This document shows positions 1-8,328 of a stretch of 64,000 bases of DNA, piece by piece. A program made the position numbers and the translations under genes. The notes under the pieces were generated by a model that made no database searches, was not told where the DNA came from, and saw nothing but the letters and a program-made list of their open reading frames with translations. How positions within the stretch are numbered: the stretch's first letter is position 1; every line of letters starts with the position of its first letter. Location: the NCBI GenBank assembly GCA_963719945.1, contig CAVRDX010000001.1, forward strand, positions 64,001 to 128,000. Direction: 5' to 3'. Source of the stretch: an uncultured Thermoplasmata archaeon. GTDB lineage: Archaea > Thermoplasmatota > Thermoplasmata > UBA10834.

Positions 1-1
1 A

Positions 2-3000
2 GCCGTTGATGAGACCGGAACCGTGTCGATGTCCCACACATATGATAAGGATGGTGTATACACTGTCTACATCGCTGTCTATGAGAATGGATTGTCTAAT
101 GGATTCGATGATGGCTTCATGACCTGGACCAAGGCGACGGTCACTGTCAGGGATATGACCAATGGCGAGCCGGTCATCCAGGAGATAATCGTTGATCCAG
201 CCGATCCCGACACTGGTTCCGAGATAACCTTCTCTTGTATCGCGACCGACGATGAGGACGACCCTCTCTACTACACATGGAACTTCGGTGATGGAAGCAT
301 ATTGGGTGGACAGACGGTAACGCACCAATTCGTCACCGCGACTTCCTTCACGGTGTCCGTCTCTGTCGATGACAAGCACATCGGTGCGGTCGACAGACCG
401 ACTATGGGATACGCCTATGTGGTGGTCACTTCCAACCGGGCTCCAACCATAACGGTTCCTGACTATGCGAACAAGATCGCGAAGCAGACCTATTCATACA
501 CCGTGACGGCGAGCGACCCCGATTCTAGGGATGACTTGCTGTATACATGGTATTGGGGTGATGGTACATTCTCCGTCACGACAACTACATCAGCGGATCA
601 TGCCTACAATTCAAGAGGCACGTACACGCTGACTGTATGGGTGGATGATCAGACTGGCCTGGATAATCACAATGTCTCGGAGTGGGGATATGTGAGCGTC
701 ATCACGATGTCGAACAAGGCTCCGGTCATCCAGGATTTCACCATAACGGACTCAACGCCCGCCGCTACATATTGTGGTGAGGACCTGGTGTTCGTCGGAC
801 TCGCGAGTGACAAGGATGAAGACCCGTTGACGATAACCTTCGAATTCGGTGACGGCAGCTATTATGTGGAACACTTTGCGGGAACCGGTTCGGTGGTCGA
901 ATGCTCGACCACCCACTCGTACGAGGATGCTGGAACCCACACTGTGTATATGCATGCATCCGACGGCGCAGCGAATGTCTCATCTGAGCTCTCCGTAGTC
1001 GTTCTGGCAAATGATCCTCCGGAATTCCAGGAGGATCCTGCAACGGTATACGGTACGACAAATGAGGCGACCTCGTTCTCCGTCGATGTAATAGATCCGA
1101 ATTCCGACACCCTGAAGTACACATGGTATTGGGGAGATGGCAAAATGTCCGTAACCTCATCACCGTCGACCACGCACACATACACAGAATCCTCGGACGA
1201 TGATGGATATGTGTATCGGGTATGGGTCGATGACGGAAAGGGATACAACATATCAGCTGCAGGGTACGCGTACATCAACGCCAAACCGATCCTGACACCA
1301 TTGTCATCGATATCGCTGAGACTGGATATCATCAAGACCTACATCGCAACTGTGACTGATCCGGATGGCGATGAGCTGGCAATCACATGGGACTTCGGCG
1401 ACTCGACTGGCTTCGTCATTGACGACGGTTCAGGCGTTACGCACACATTCGCATCGGAAGGCGTGTACACCTACCAAGTATGGGTAGATGACGGATTCCT
1501 GCCATCGCACAACGTGACCAGTTCCGCCACTTTGACCATCCTGTCATCAAGCGGGAACTATGAGCCGGAATTCACGACATATCCTGAGGACATGACAGTC
1601 TCCGTTGGCGAGACGGCTCGGTTCTATGCAGATGCGAGCGATCCAGACGAGGATGACCTGGTATACACTTGGGACTTCTATGACGATGGTAGTGTTCTGC
1701 TGGTTGGCCAGGATGTCGACTATGCTTACGACGTTATCGGGACGCACACATGCAGGGTCTACGTCGATGATGGAATGGGTCACAACGTGAGTGCCACCGC
1801 GACCATTGAAGTCCTGGCAGATGCGTCACCCGTCGCAAATGCAGGTGGGGACATGACCGTACCCGAGGACACGCTCATCATGTTCGATGGCACTGGTTCA
1901 TCTGATGATGTGGAAGTTGTCAACTGGACATGGACGATCGATGAGTTGTCGGTCACGTTGTACGGTTCGCAGCCGGAGTACGAATTCCTGGATGTCGGTA
2001 TATATACCGTGACTCTCGTGGTTCGTGACACTGCTGATCAGGAATCCGACCCTGATGTGATCACGGTGACGGTAACTGATGCAACGAACCCGGCTGCGGT
2101 CGCGGATGCTGATGACACTGATGTCGACATGGGCGATACGGTCACATTCGATGGATCTGGCTCGAGCGACAATATCGCTGTGGTCAACTGGACTTGGATT
2201 CTGGTGGATGGGGCCATCATGACCCTCTACGGTGAATCACCGTCCTACCAATTCGACACTCCTGGCACATACACAGTGACACTCGTGGTCAGAGATGCAT
2301 CGGGTCTGGAGGGCACGGACGAGATTGATATAATCGTCCGTGACACGGTAGCTCCAGTCGCAGTGGGAGAGGCGTCCGAATCCGAAGTTGACATGGGCAC
2401 AGTCGTGACCTTGGACGGTTCGGCATCCACTGACAACTATGACGATGAACTGGACTTCGTGTGGACCTTTGAGGATGGCGTGCCTATAGAGTTGACCGGT
2501 GAGTCTGTTGATTACACCTTCGAGAACGCCGGCGTCTTCGAGATAACCTTGACGGTTACCGACGATGACGGCAACAGTGACATCGCAATCGTGACCGTGA
2601 CCGTCCTGGATTCACAGTCCCCGGTCGCAGACGCTACTGCGAGCGCGACGACAGTCACAGCTGGAGCGACGGTCACATTCGATGGAACGGCTTCGACCGA
2701 CAATGTGGCTGTCGACAGCTACACCTGGACCTTCACCTACAACGGTGCTCCTGTATCGTTGGATGGTGCGACAGCCTCGTTCGAATTCGACATCGCAGGC
2801 ATCTACATCGTGACCTTGAATGTGACAGACGCCGCTGGGAACTACGATACTGCGACTGTGACGATCACTGTGCAGGCGTCCGCTACGGATGCAGCACCGA
2901 CAGCGGTTGCGGCAGTGACACCCACATCCGCGACGGTCGGGACATCGGTTACCTTCAGCAGCACTGGATCCTCCGATGATATCGGCATAGTGAACTACAC

Positions 3001-3358
3001 TTGGACGTTCGTGTATGAGGATGAGACAGTGACAAGATACACTGCATCGTTCTCGTTCACCTTCGATGCAGCTGGCACATACGAGGTCACCCTGACTGTC
3101 AGGGACGGTTCCGGTCAGACCGATGAGGCGACTGTAAGTGTCACGATTAATGAAGAGACCGCCGACGACGATGAGAAGACATTCATCGAGCAGTACGGTC
3201 TCCCGATCGGAATCGTGGCTGCGCTCGCGATAGTCGCTCTTCTCGCCATAATGTTCATGAAGAAGGGCAAGGGTGGCAAGTCGTCCGGTGCGAATGACTC
3301 CGGTGTTGATGGTATCGCGAATGAGGAACCAGCGCCTCCGGAAGACCAGAATCTGTGA
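2..3358 (+). CDS. Large multi-PKD-domain cell-surface protein with C-terminal membrane anchor (5' end lies outside window)
   Basis: Frame open from position 2; about 12 repeats of WDFGDG/WTW...GxYTVTLxVxD PKD motifs; C-terminal hydrophobic helix followed by KKGKGGK and an acidic tail. Confidence 0.9.
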   Translation, partial: AVDETGTVSMSHTYDKDGVYTVYIAVYENGLSNGFDDGFMTWTKATVTVRDMTNGEPVIQEIIVDPADPDTGSEITFSCIATDDEDDPLYYTWNFGDGSILGGQTVTHQFVTATSFTVSVSVDDKHIGAVDRPTMGYAYVVVTSNRAPTITVPDYANKIAKQTYSYTVTASDPDSRDDLLYTWYWGDGTFSVTTTTSADHAYNSRGTYTLTVWVDDQTGLDNHNVSEWGYVSVITMSNKAPVIQDFTITDSTPAATYCGEDLVFVGLASDKDEDPLTITFEFGDGSYYVEHFAGTGSVVECSTTHSYEDAGTHTVYMHASDGAANVSSELSVVVLANDPPEFQEDPATVYGTTNEATSFSVDVIDPNSDTLKYTWYWGDGKMSVTSSPSTTHTYTESSDDDGYVYRVWVDDGKGYNISAAGYAYINAKPILTPLSSISLRLDIIKTYIATVTDPDGDELAITWDFGDSTGFVIDDGSGVTHTFASEGVYTYQVWVDDGFLPSHNVTSSATLTILSSSGNYEPEFTTYPEDMTVSVGETARFYADASDPDEDDLVYTWDFYDDGSVLLVGQDVDYAYDVIGTHTCRVYVDDGMGHNVSATATIEVLADASPVANAGGDMTVPEDTLIMFDGTGSSDDVEVVNWTWTIDELSVTLYGSQPEYEFLDVGIYTVTLVVRDTADQESDPDVITVTVTDATNPAAVADADDTDVDMGDTVTFDGSGSSDNIAVVNWTWILVDGAIMTLYGESPSYQFDTPGTYTVTLVVRDASGLEGTDEIDIIVRDTVAPVAVGEASESEVDMGTVVTLDGSASTDNYDDELDFVWTFEDGVPIELTGESVDYTFENAGVFEITLTVTDDDGNSDIAIVTVTVLDSQSPVADATASATTVTAGATVTFDGTASTDNVAVDSYTWTFTYNGAPVSLDGATASFEFDIAGIYIVTLNVTDAAGNYDTATVTITVQASATDAAPTAVAAVTPTSATVGTSVTFSSTGSSDDIGIVNYTWTFVYEDETVTRYTASFSFTFDAAGTYEVTLTVRDGSGQTDEATVSVTINEETADDDEKTFIEQYGLPIGIVAALAIVALLAIMFMKKGKGGKSSGANDSGVDGIANEEPAPPEDQNL

Positions 3359-3389
3359 ACGACGAAGGTCGAAACCATTTCCGAGAAAC

Positions 3390-3420
3390 CTTTTCCATGA
3401 TTTTCATTTTTCTTTCTCTT
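3390..3420 (+). terminator. Oligo-T tract, probable archaeal intrinsic terminator of the PKD gene
   Basis: TTTTCCATGATTTTCATTTTTCTTTCTCTT shortly after the stop. Confidence 0.5.
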
Positions 3421-3486
3421 CAGCGGAGCTTCCGCTCACAGAATGAGAATGCAATACAAGATCCGGAAGGGATTGTCGCAGAGGTT

Positions 3487-3816
3487 TCAGATCCCTTCTC
3501 TGTCGAGTATGTCTTCTTCCTCGAGAGGCCTGAACTCGAGCGCGACCATGGAGATCATGTCGAGTTGCAGGCTCGTGTGGAGATAATCCAGGTTCTTATC
3601 GACATGGGGTGAGGAGCTCTCCTCCTGGGACGTCTCGATCATCCTCGATAGCATCGAGTCTATCCTGTTGGATGTCCTGTGCTCACGCTTTAGAATCCCT
3701 CCGCTGAGGGTGAAGAACGATGGTCCCAGAGTATTCTTGCGTCTCTTCGCTGGATTCTCTAGAACTTCTGAGTGTCTGTCCACGATCGGCTCGTCAAGTT
3801 TCGATATAGACTCCAA
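3487..3816 (-). CDS. Hypothetical acidic protein (~109 aa)
   Basis: ORF with purine-rich RBS-like sequence before a TTG and AT-rich promoter upstream; fills intergenic space. Confidence 0.5.
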   Translation of the reverse strand: MESISKLDEPIVDRHSEVLENPAKRRKNTLGPSFFTLSGGILKREHRTSNRIDSMLSRMIETSQEESSSPHVDKNLDYLHTSLQLDMISMVALEFRPLEEEDILDREGI

Positions 3817-3913
3817 ATCCCATCCCTTTCCGGAGCTACCGATGTATCTATGGGTCAATATTTATATGTTTTCAGAAATTCGCCTGGCATAGGTACATTG
3901 TTCGATGAGTCGA

Positions 3914-4345
3914 TCATTGCTCATTTTCGAGTATGTGGGTTGCTAGTCGTGTCGCTTCAATGACGTATTTCGTGCATCTATCTCTATGATCTGGTGACGT
4001 GAAGTCGCTCTTATTGAGATCCCTGCATTTGGACGATCCGAACTCCTCGATGAATCTTTTATAGAACTCCCCAGCGGGCCCGTAGCTTCTCGACCTGTCA
4101 TCTTGGGGATCGAACCTTCCACGTGCAGCGCCTATCGCCAGCAACGCACCCGTCATCGCACCGCAGAGGTCTTCCGAACGTCCTATCCCTCCCCCGAATG
4201 GTGTGGCCATCCGGAGGCACTGCTCACTGAGTTCTATATCGAGTGCGTGGCAGACTCCTCTGAGGGTTGATTCCGCGCAGTTGCATCCTTGGTTCCAACA
4301 GTCCACTGCGTGATTGATCCCGTCCTCTGAGGATCTCGTGGCCAT
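3914..4345 (-). CDS. C_GCAxxG_C_C family putative redox protein
   Basis: NCAES...FGGGIG..DLCGAMTG...SKCRDL...RC pattern; start overlaps the upstream stop. Confidence 0.9.
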   Translation of the reverse strand: MATRSSEDGINHAVDCWNQGCNCAESTLRGVCHALDIELSEQCLRMATPFGGGIGRSEDLCGAMTGALLAIGAARGRFDPQDDRSRSYGPAGEFYKRFIEEFGSSKCRDLNKSDFTSPDHRDRCTKYVIEATRLATHILENEQ

Positions 4346-5310
4346 CACTCCTTGAGCGGGCTCTCTTCGATGACCAGGCTTGGATCTGTCGCGTCCATCG
4401 AAGCTCTTACCCCTTCAGGAATAACGACCTTCATTGCTCCGTGGCCGCAGCAAAGACCGGAGTATGATGGGACATGGCTCAGACGACCAATTGTGTCCTG
4501 AATGACTTCCTCCAGGCTCGGTCCGGGCAGATCCCTCTTATGGAAGCTTGAGATCTGGCCGAAGATTATCCCTGCTGTCTTCTGAAGCTTTCTAGCGAGA
4601 TGCATGTGCGTAAGCATTCTTTCTATGTCATATTCTGAGACATAGACATCCTCGAGGAAGAGTATGTTCCCTTCAGTGTCGATCGAGTCTTCCGTTCCCA
4701 GCGTATGCACGATCATCGAAAGGTTGCCGCCCACTATCTTGCCGTTTACCTTCCCGGGAACGACGGTCCTCAACAACATTCCGTTCGGCGGATTGTCTAT
4801 CTTACCCCAAGGTTCAGCGCGAGATAGGAGTCCCAATGCCCGGTCGATATTTTCTTTTCCTGTCGCTGGGTCCTTCTCGGGATTGTCTCCAGCATATCCT
4901 TCGACCGAAGGGCCATGGAATGTGACTAGGCCCGTGCGTTGATGAATCGCTATGTGGAGCGTCGTGATGTCGCTGTACCCCATGAATATCTTTGGATCGC
5001 TCTTGATGATATCGAAATCGATCAGATCGAGGATGCGCATCGCGCCGTACCCACCTCGCGAGGCGAATATCGCGTCCACATCCTCGTTCGCGAACATGTC
5101 GACAAGCTCCTTCGCCCTCTGCTCGTCCGTCCCTGAGCTGAAACCTCTTCGTGTTATGTTCTTGGTGCACTCTCCGAGCACCACCTTGTAGTTGAGACTC
5201 TTAAGGTAATTGACGGCCTGTCCGAGACCGAACGGTTCAGAGAATCCTGATGGAGACACTATACCTATGGTAGCGCCTTCTGTCAACTTCGCAGGTTTGA
5301 TTATGTTCAT
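4345..5310 (-). CDS. S66 family peptidase (LD-carboxypeptidase / MccF-like)
   Basis: IGIVSPS, RGGYG, GYSDIT (Ser), GGNL, LFLEDV (Glu), CGHG (His). Confidence 0.93.
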   Translation of the reverse strand: MNIIKPAKLTEGATIGIVSPSGFSEPFGLGQAVNYLKSLNYKVVLGECTKNITRRGFSSGTDEQRAKELVDMFANEDVDAIFASRGGYGAMRILDLIDFDIIKSDPKIFMGYSDITTLHIAIHQRTGLVTFHGPSVEGYAGDNPEKDPATGKENIDRALGLLSRAEPWGKIDNPPNGMLLRTVVPGKVNGKIVGGNLSMIVHTLGTEDSIDTEGNILFLEDVYVSEYDIERMLTHMHLARKLQKTAGIIFGQISSFHKRDLPGPSLEEVIQDTIGRLSHVPSYSGLCCGHGAMKVVIPEGVRASMDATDPSLVIEESPLKE

Positions 5311-5432
5311 TCGTGCTCGACTCCTGAAGCCAGGAGTGTCGAAATCACACTTAAATGGTGCGCTTGAAAATCATCAAAAATGGCTCATGATAATGTCAAA
5401 AGGGGTTTCTGGAGCCGTCTGCCTCGAATCTC

Positions 5433-5699
5433 TCAGGCGAAGGCCGCTTCTTCGAACAGTATCTCTTCAGAACTCGGTGTCGCTTCTATACCCGCCTCGA
5501 TCTCAAGAAGACTGAGCTCGATGTTTGCTTTGAGGTAGTCCAGCTCATTTATCACATCCAGGCAATCGACCTTCCCTGGTAGGAGATCGATTTCAGTGTG
5601 CAGCTGGTTTATTCTCATGCGGTTCTCCGCCAGCTTCGAGAGGATATCGAAGCTCTTTGGATCTTCCTGAGGCATTCTCAGTGTGCGGGTTCTAGACAT
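5433..5699 (-). CDS. Hypothetical acidic helical protein (~88 aa)
   Basis: ORF with plausible ATG, AT-rich promoter near 5805-5825, host-like codon use. Confidence 0.55.
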   Translation of the reverse strand: MSRTRTLRMPQEDPKSFDILSKLAENRMRINQLHTEIDLLPGKVDCLDVINELDYLKANIELSLLEIEAGIEATPSSEEILFEEAAFA

Positions 5700-5842
5700 C
5701 GTGTTTCCGTTGTGGACCTCGATCTTCTGTATCGCGAGGGGCACCGCTAGCTTCCTCTTCAATTCAACATCCCATCCCGTGTATGACGATTGTCTGACAA
5801 TATCTATTTTATCGTATATATATGTTGCTGATATGGGACGGA

Positions 5843-6058
5843 TCACTTTGCGGGTGGGCCAGCTATCTGATTGGCCCTTCTCTCGAGCTCGGAGATCTTC
5901 TTCTGAAGATTCCTTATCTTCGCGTCGTAGCGGGCCACCTGCTCCCTGAGCCTAGCTGCTTTCGCCCTCAGCTTGGCAGCTTTTGCCAGCTTCCTCGTGG
6001 ATGCTTGGTAATTGTTCATCTCCGACGCGTACTTCTTAGCATCCTTGGTGGACGACAT
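5843..6058 (-). CDS. Small basic coiled-coil protein (71 aa)
   Basis: K/R/A-rich heptad pattern KLAKAAKLRAKAARLREQVARYDAKIRNLQKKISELERRA. Confidence 0.7.
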   Translation of the reverse strand: MSSTKDAKKYASEMNNYQASTRKLAKAAKLRAKAARLREQVARYDAKIRNLQKKISELERRANQIAGPPAK

Positions 6059-6225
6059 GATTATCAGAATATAATGAGCGGCTTTGCTGCATATGAAGCT
6101 ATCTTCACTGGAATCACATCCAATCCCTGTGGAAAGTGAATAATACTGGATAATGATGCAAGAGACCAGATGAAAGCGTACCTCGTGGCATATGGCTGCG
6201 TCATGGACATCTGGGATGCTGAGGA

Positions 6226-7113
6226 GTGACGAGCTTGCAGCGGAAAACATTCCTGTTCATCCTCCTGGCAGTGACGGCCATCATCTGGGGTGGCGCCTTC
6301 GTCTTCGTCGATGTCGCCATCAAGGATGGCTCTTCGCCTGTAATGCTCTCGATGGCAAGGTTCGTTGTGGCATCCCTGATATTCGGAGCCTACCTTCTCA
6401 TGAGACGTCCGAGCGGCGTTGACCGTGAGGATAGGAGGAGCTTTCTGATGCTGGCGTTCATTGGCGTTGGCATATACTTCATACTTCAGTACATCGGAAT
6501 CGGTCTCGCAGGCGCCTCGATATCATCCATTCTGGTGTTCCTATTGTGCCCTGTGATGATATTCGTGCTATCCGCCCGACGTCTGGGTGAGAAGATATCG
6601 AGCGAAGAGAAGGTCGGTCTTGCCATCGCCGCATGCGGTTCCGTGCTGGTCATCACCAACGGGTCCATATCCTTCATCTCAGAATGGGAGGTGATCGTCG
6701 GTGGATTGCTGCAGGTCATATGTGCTTTCTTCTGGGCGGTGTACACAGTCGAGGGCAAGAAGGTCGTGAAGAAGTACGATCCGATCGCAAGCACAGCCTA
6801 TATCACGATAATCGGCACGCTCATGATGGTTCCGTTCGCCCTGGCCGATGCTGTGATCACGGTCCAGGCCTTCCCTCTCAGCTTCTTCGTTGCTGCGCTT
6901 TATGTCGGAGTACTGTGTACCGTGGTCGGGTATGTGTTATGGTTCAGGGCGCTGACGGGATTGGCCGCATCCGTCACGGGTGCTTCCATGTACTTCATGC
7001 CGATCGTGACGATCATCTTCGCTTGGGTATTGCTCGGTGAAACGATCGGATGGATAGCTGGCGTGGGAGGCGTGTTGACCGCAGTCGGCGTCATCATAAT
7101 CTCGAGGAAGTGA
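6226..7113 (+). CDS. DMT/EamA family transporter
   Basis: Ten hydrophobic segments, IWGGAF...R and two-fold EamA repeat, LLGETI motif. Confidence 0.92.
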   Translation: MTSLQRKTFLFILLAVTAIIWGGAFVFVDVAIKDGSSPVMLSMARFVVASLIFGAYLLMRRPSGVDREDRRSFLMLAFIGVGIYFILQYIGIGLAGASISSILVFLLCPVMIFVLSARRLGEKISSEEKVGLAIAACGSVLVITNGSISFISEWEVIVGGLLQVICAFFWAVYTVEGKKVVKKYDPIASTAYITIIGTLMMVPFALADAVITVQAFPLSFFVAALYVGVLCTVVGYVLWFRALTGLAASVTGASMYFMPIVTIIFAWVLLGETIGWIAGVGGVLTAVGVIIISRK

Positions 7114-7183
7114 GAGCCGACTTTCAAGTTCTTTGGAAACGGTTAATATGGAAAGGCTGCAATGTAGCCGCACGGAACGCAAC

Positions 7184-7259
7184 AGCCCCGTAGTGTAGTG
7201 GTCAATCATGCGGGCCTTTGGAGCCTGTGACGGAGGTTCGAATCCTCCCGGGGCTACCA
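7184..7259 (+). tRNA. tRNA-Gln(UUG), CCA encoded
   Basis: AGCCCCG/CGGGGCT acceptor stem (A1-U72), anticodon loop CT-TTG-GA, GGTTCGAATCC T arm. Confidence 0.96.
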
Positions 7260-7499
7260 CTCCTCTTTCTTTCTCCTCAGGCCTTCTCCCTTGGACCATC
7301 TTCCGACCACCTGGAACAACTTCGCCACTCCGACCAGGATGATGACCCATGAGACGACTATGAGAAAGAATCCCTCTGCGACGAAACCACCCTCCACAGC
7401 GTTCAACAGGAACACTCCTGTGAGTATTGCGAGGATTCCGAATACGATCCCCCACACGGCCATTGTCCTGTCCACCTTCCAATCCACAGAGTTCACCAT
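7254..7499 (-). CDS. Small 2-TM membrane protein
   Basis: Two hydrophobic helices; start overlaps the nitroreductase stop. Confidence 0.7.
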   Translation of the reverse strand: MVNSVDWKVDRTMAVWGIVFGILAILTGVFLLNAVEGGFVAEGFFLIVVSWVIILVGVAKLFQVVGRWSKGEGLRRKKEEW

Positions 7500-8011
7500 C
7501 TCTCTCTGTGCACGATCTCTTCGAGGGGGAGCTGCTTCCTCCGAATGCCCTTGTCCACTGGGTATCCGATCGGCATCATCGCCACAGGTCTCGCATGAGT
7601 CGGCAACCCGAGTGCCGATGATACAACACCTTCGTCGAAGGCTCCTACCCAAACGCTTCCCAGCCCCTTGCTGTGGAGGTACAAAGATAGGTTCTCAACT
7701 GCCGCAGCGACATCTTGTAAGCAATACAGTTCGCGTCCTCGCTGACCATAATGCGCAATCCTTTCCAGATTGGCACAGAACACGATGACCACCGGCGCCT
7801 TCCAGACATATTCCTGTCCGTGCGACGCCTCCATCAACCTCTTCTTTGTCTTCGAGTCTCTCACGATGATGAAGTCCCGTGCCTGCAGATTGCCCGCAGA
7901 AGGCGCTTGGTTGGCAAGTCTCAGTCCCTCAATGATGATGTTCTCATCGACCGGATCCGGCCCGAACTCCCTTATACTCCTCCTCCCTTCGATGCACTCG
8001 ACGACATCCAT
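7493..8011 (-). CDS. Nitroreductase family protein
   Basis: RRSIREF, APSAGNLQ, GLGSVWVG, IGYP motifs. Confidence 0.95.
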   Translation of the reverse strand: MDVVECIEGRRSIREFGPDPVDENIIIEGLRLANQAPSAGNLQARDFIIVRDSKTKKRLMEASHGQEYVWKAPVVIVFCANLERIAHYGQRGRELYCLQDVAAAVENLSLYLHSKGLGSVWVGAFDEGVVSSALGLPTHARPVAMMPIGYPVDKGIRRKQLPLEEIVHRERW

Positions 8012-8067
8012 AGGTCATCCCATCCAGAGTTATCATCGCCAACTTCTAAGTACTTTGTCTGCCGTGG

Positions 8068-8328
8068 ATGACCGAACACATGGTCGACCATGACGAAGGC
8101 TCCCAGGTCATATGCACTCTCGAACTGAGATTCAGGTCCGAGAGCGAAGCGACCAAGGTCCATAGGTCGGTCGAGCTGGACAACGAGGGCTATCTAGAAT
8201 CCGAAGTCTGCGGTGAGGTCATACGTGCCAAGATAACCGCCGAGTCGCTGAAGAGCGCCCTGCACACGCTCGATGATTTCATGTCATGTGTAAGTGTCGC
8301 AGAGAAGGTCGTGTCCCGGAAGCGTTAA
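8068..8328 (+). CDS. pcc1: KEOPS complex subunit Pcc1-like
   Basis: Size and pattern LELRF.SE.EA..V..SV..DN...I.A.....L...LDDF..CV.VAE. Confidence 0.75.
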   Translation: MTEHMVDHDEGSQVICTLELRFRSESEATKVHRSVELDNEGYLESEVCGEVIRAKITAESLKSALHTLDDFMSCVSVAEKVVSRKR

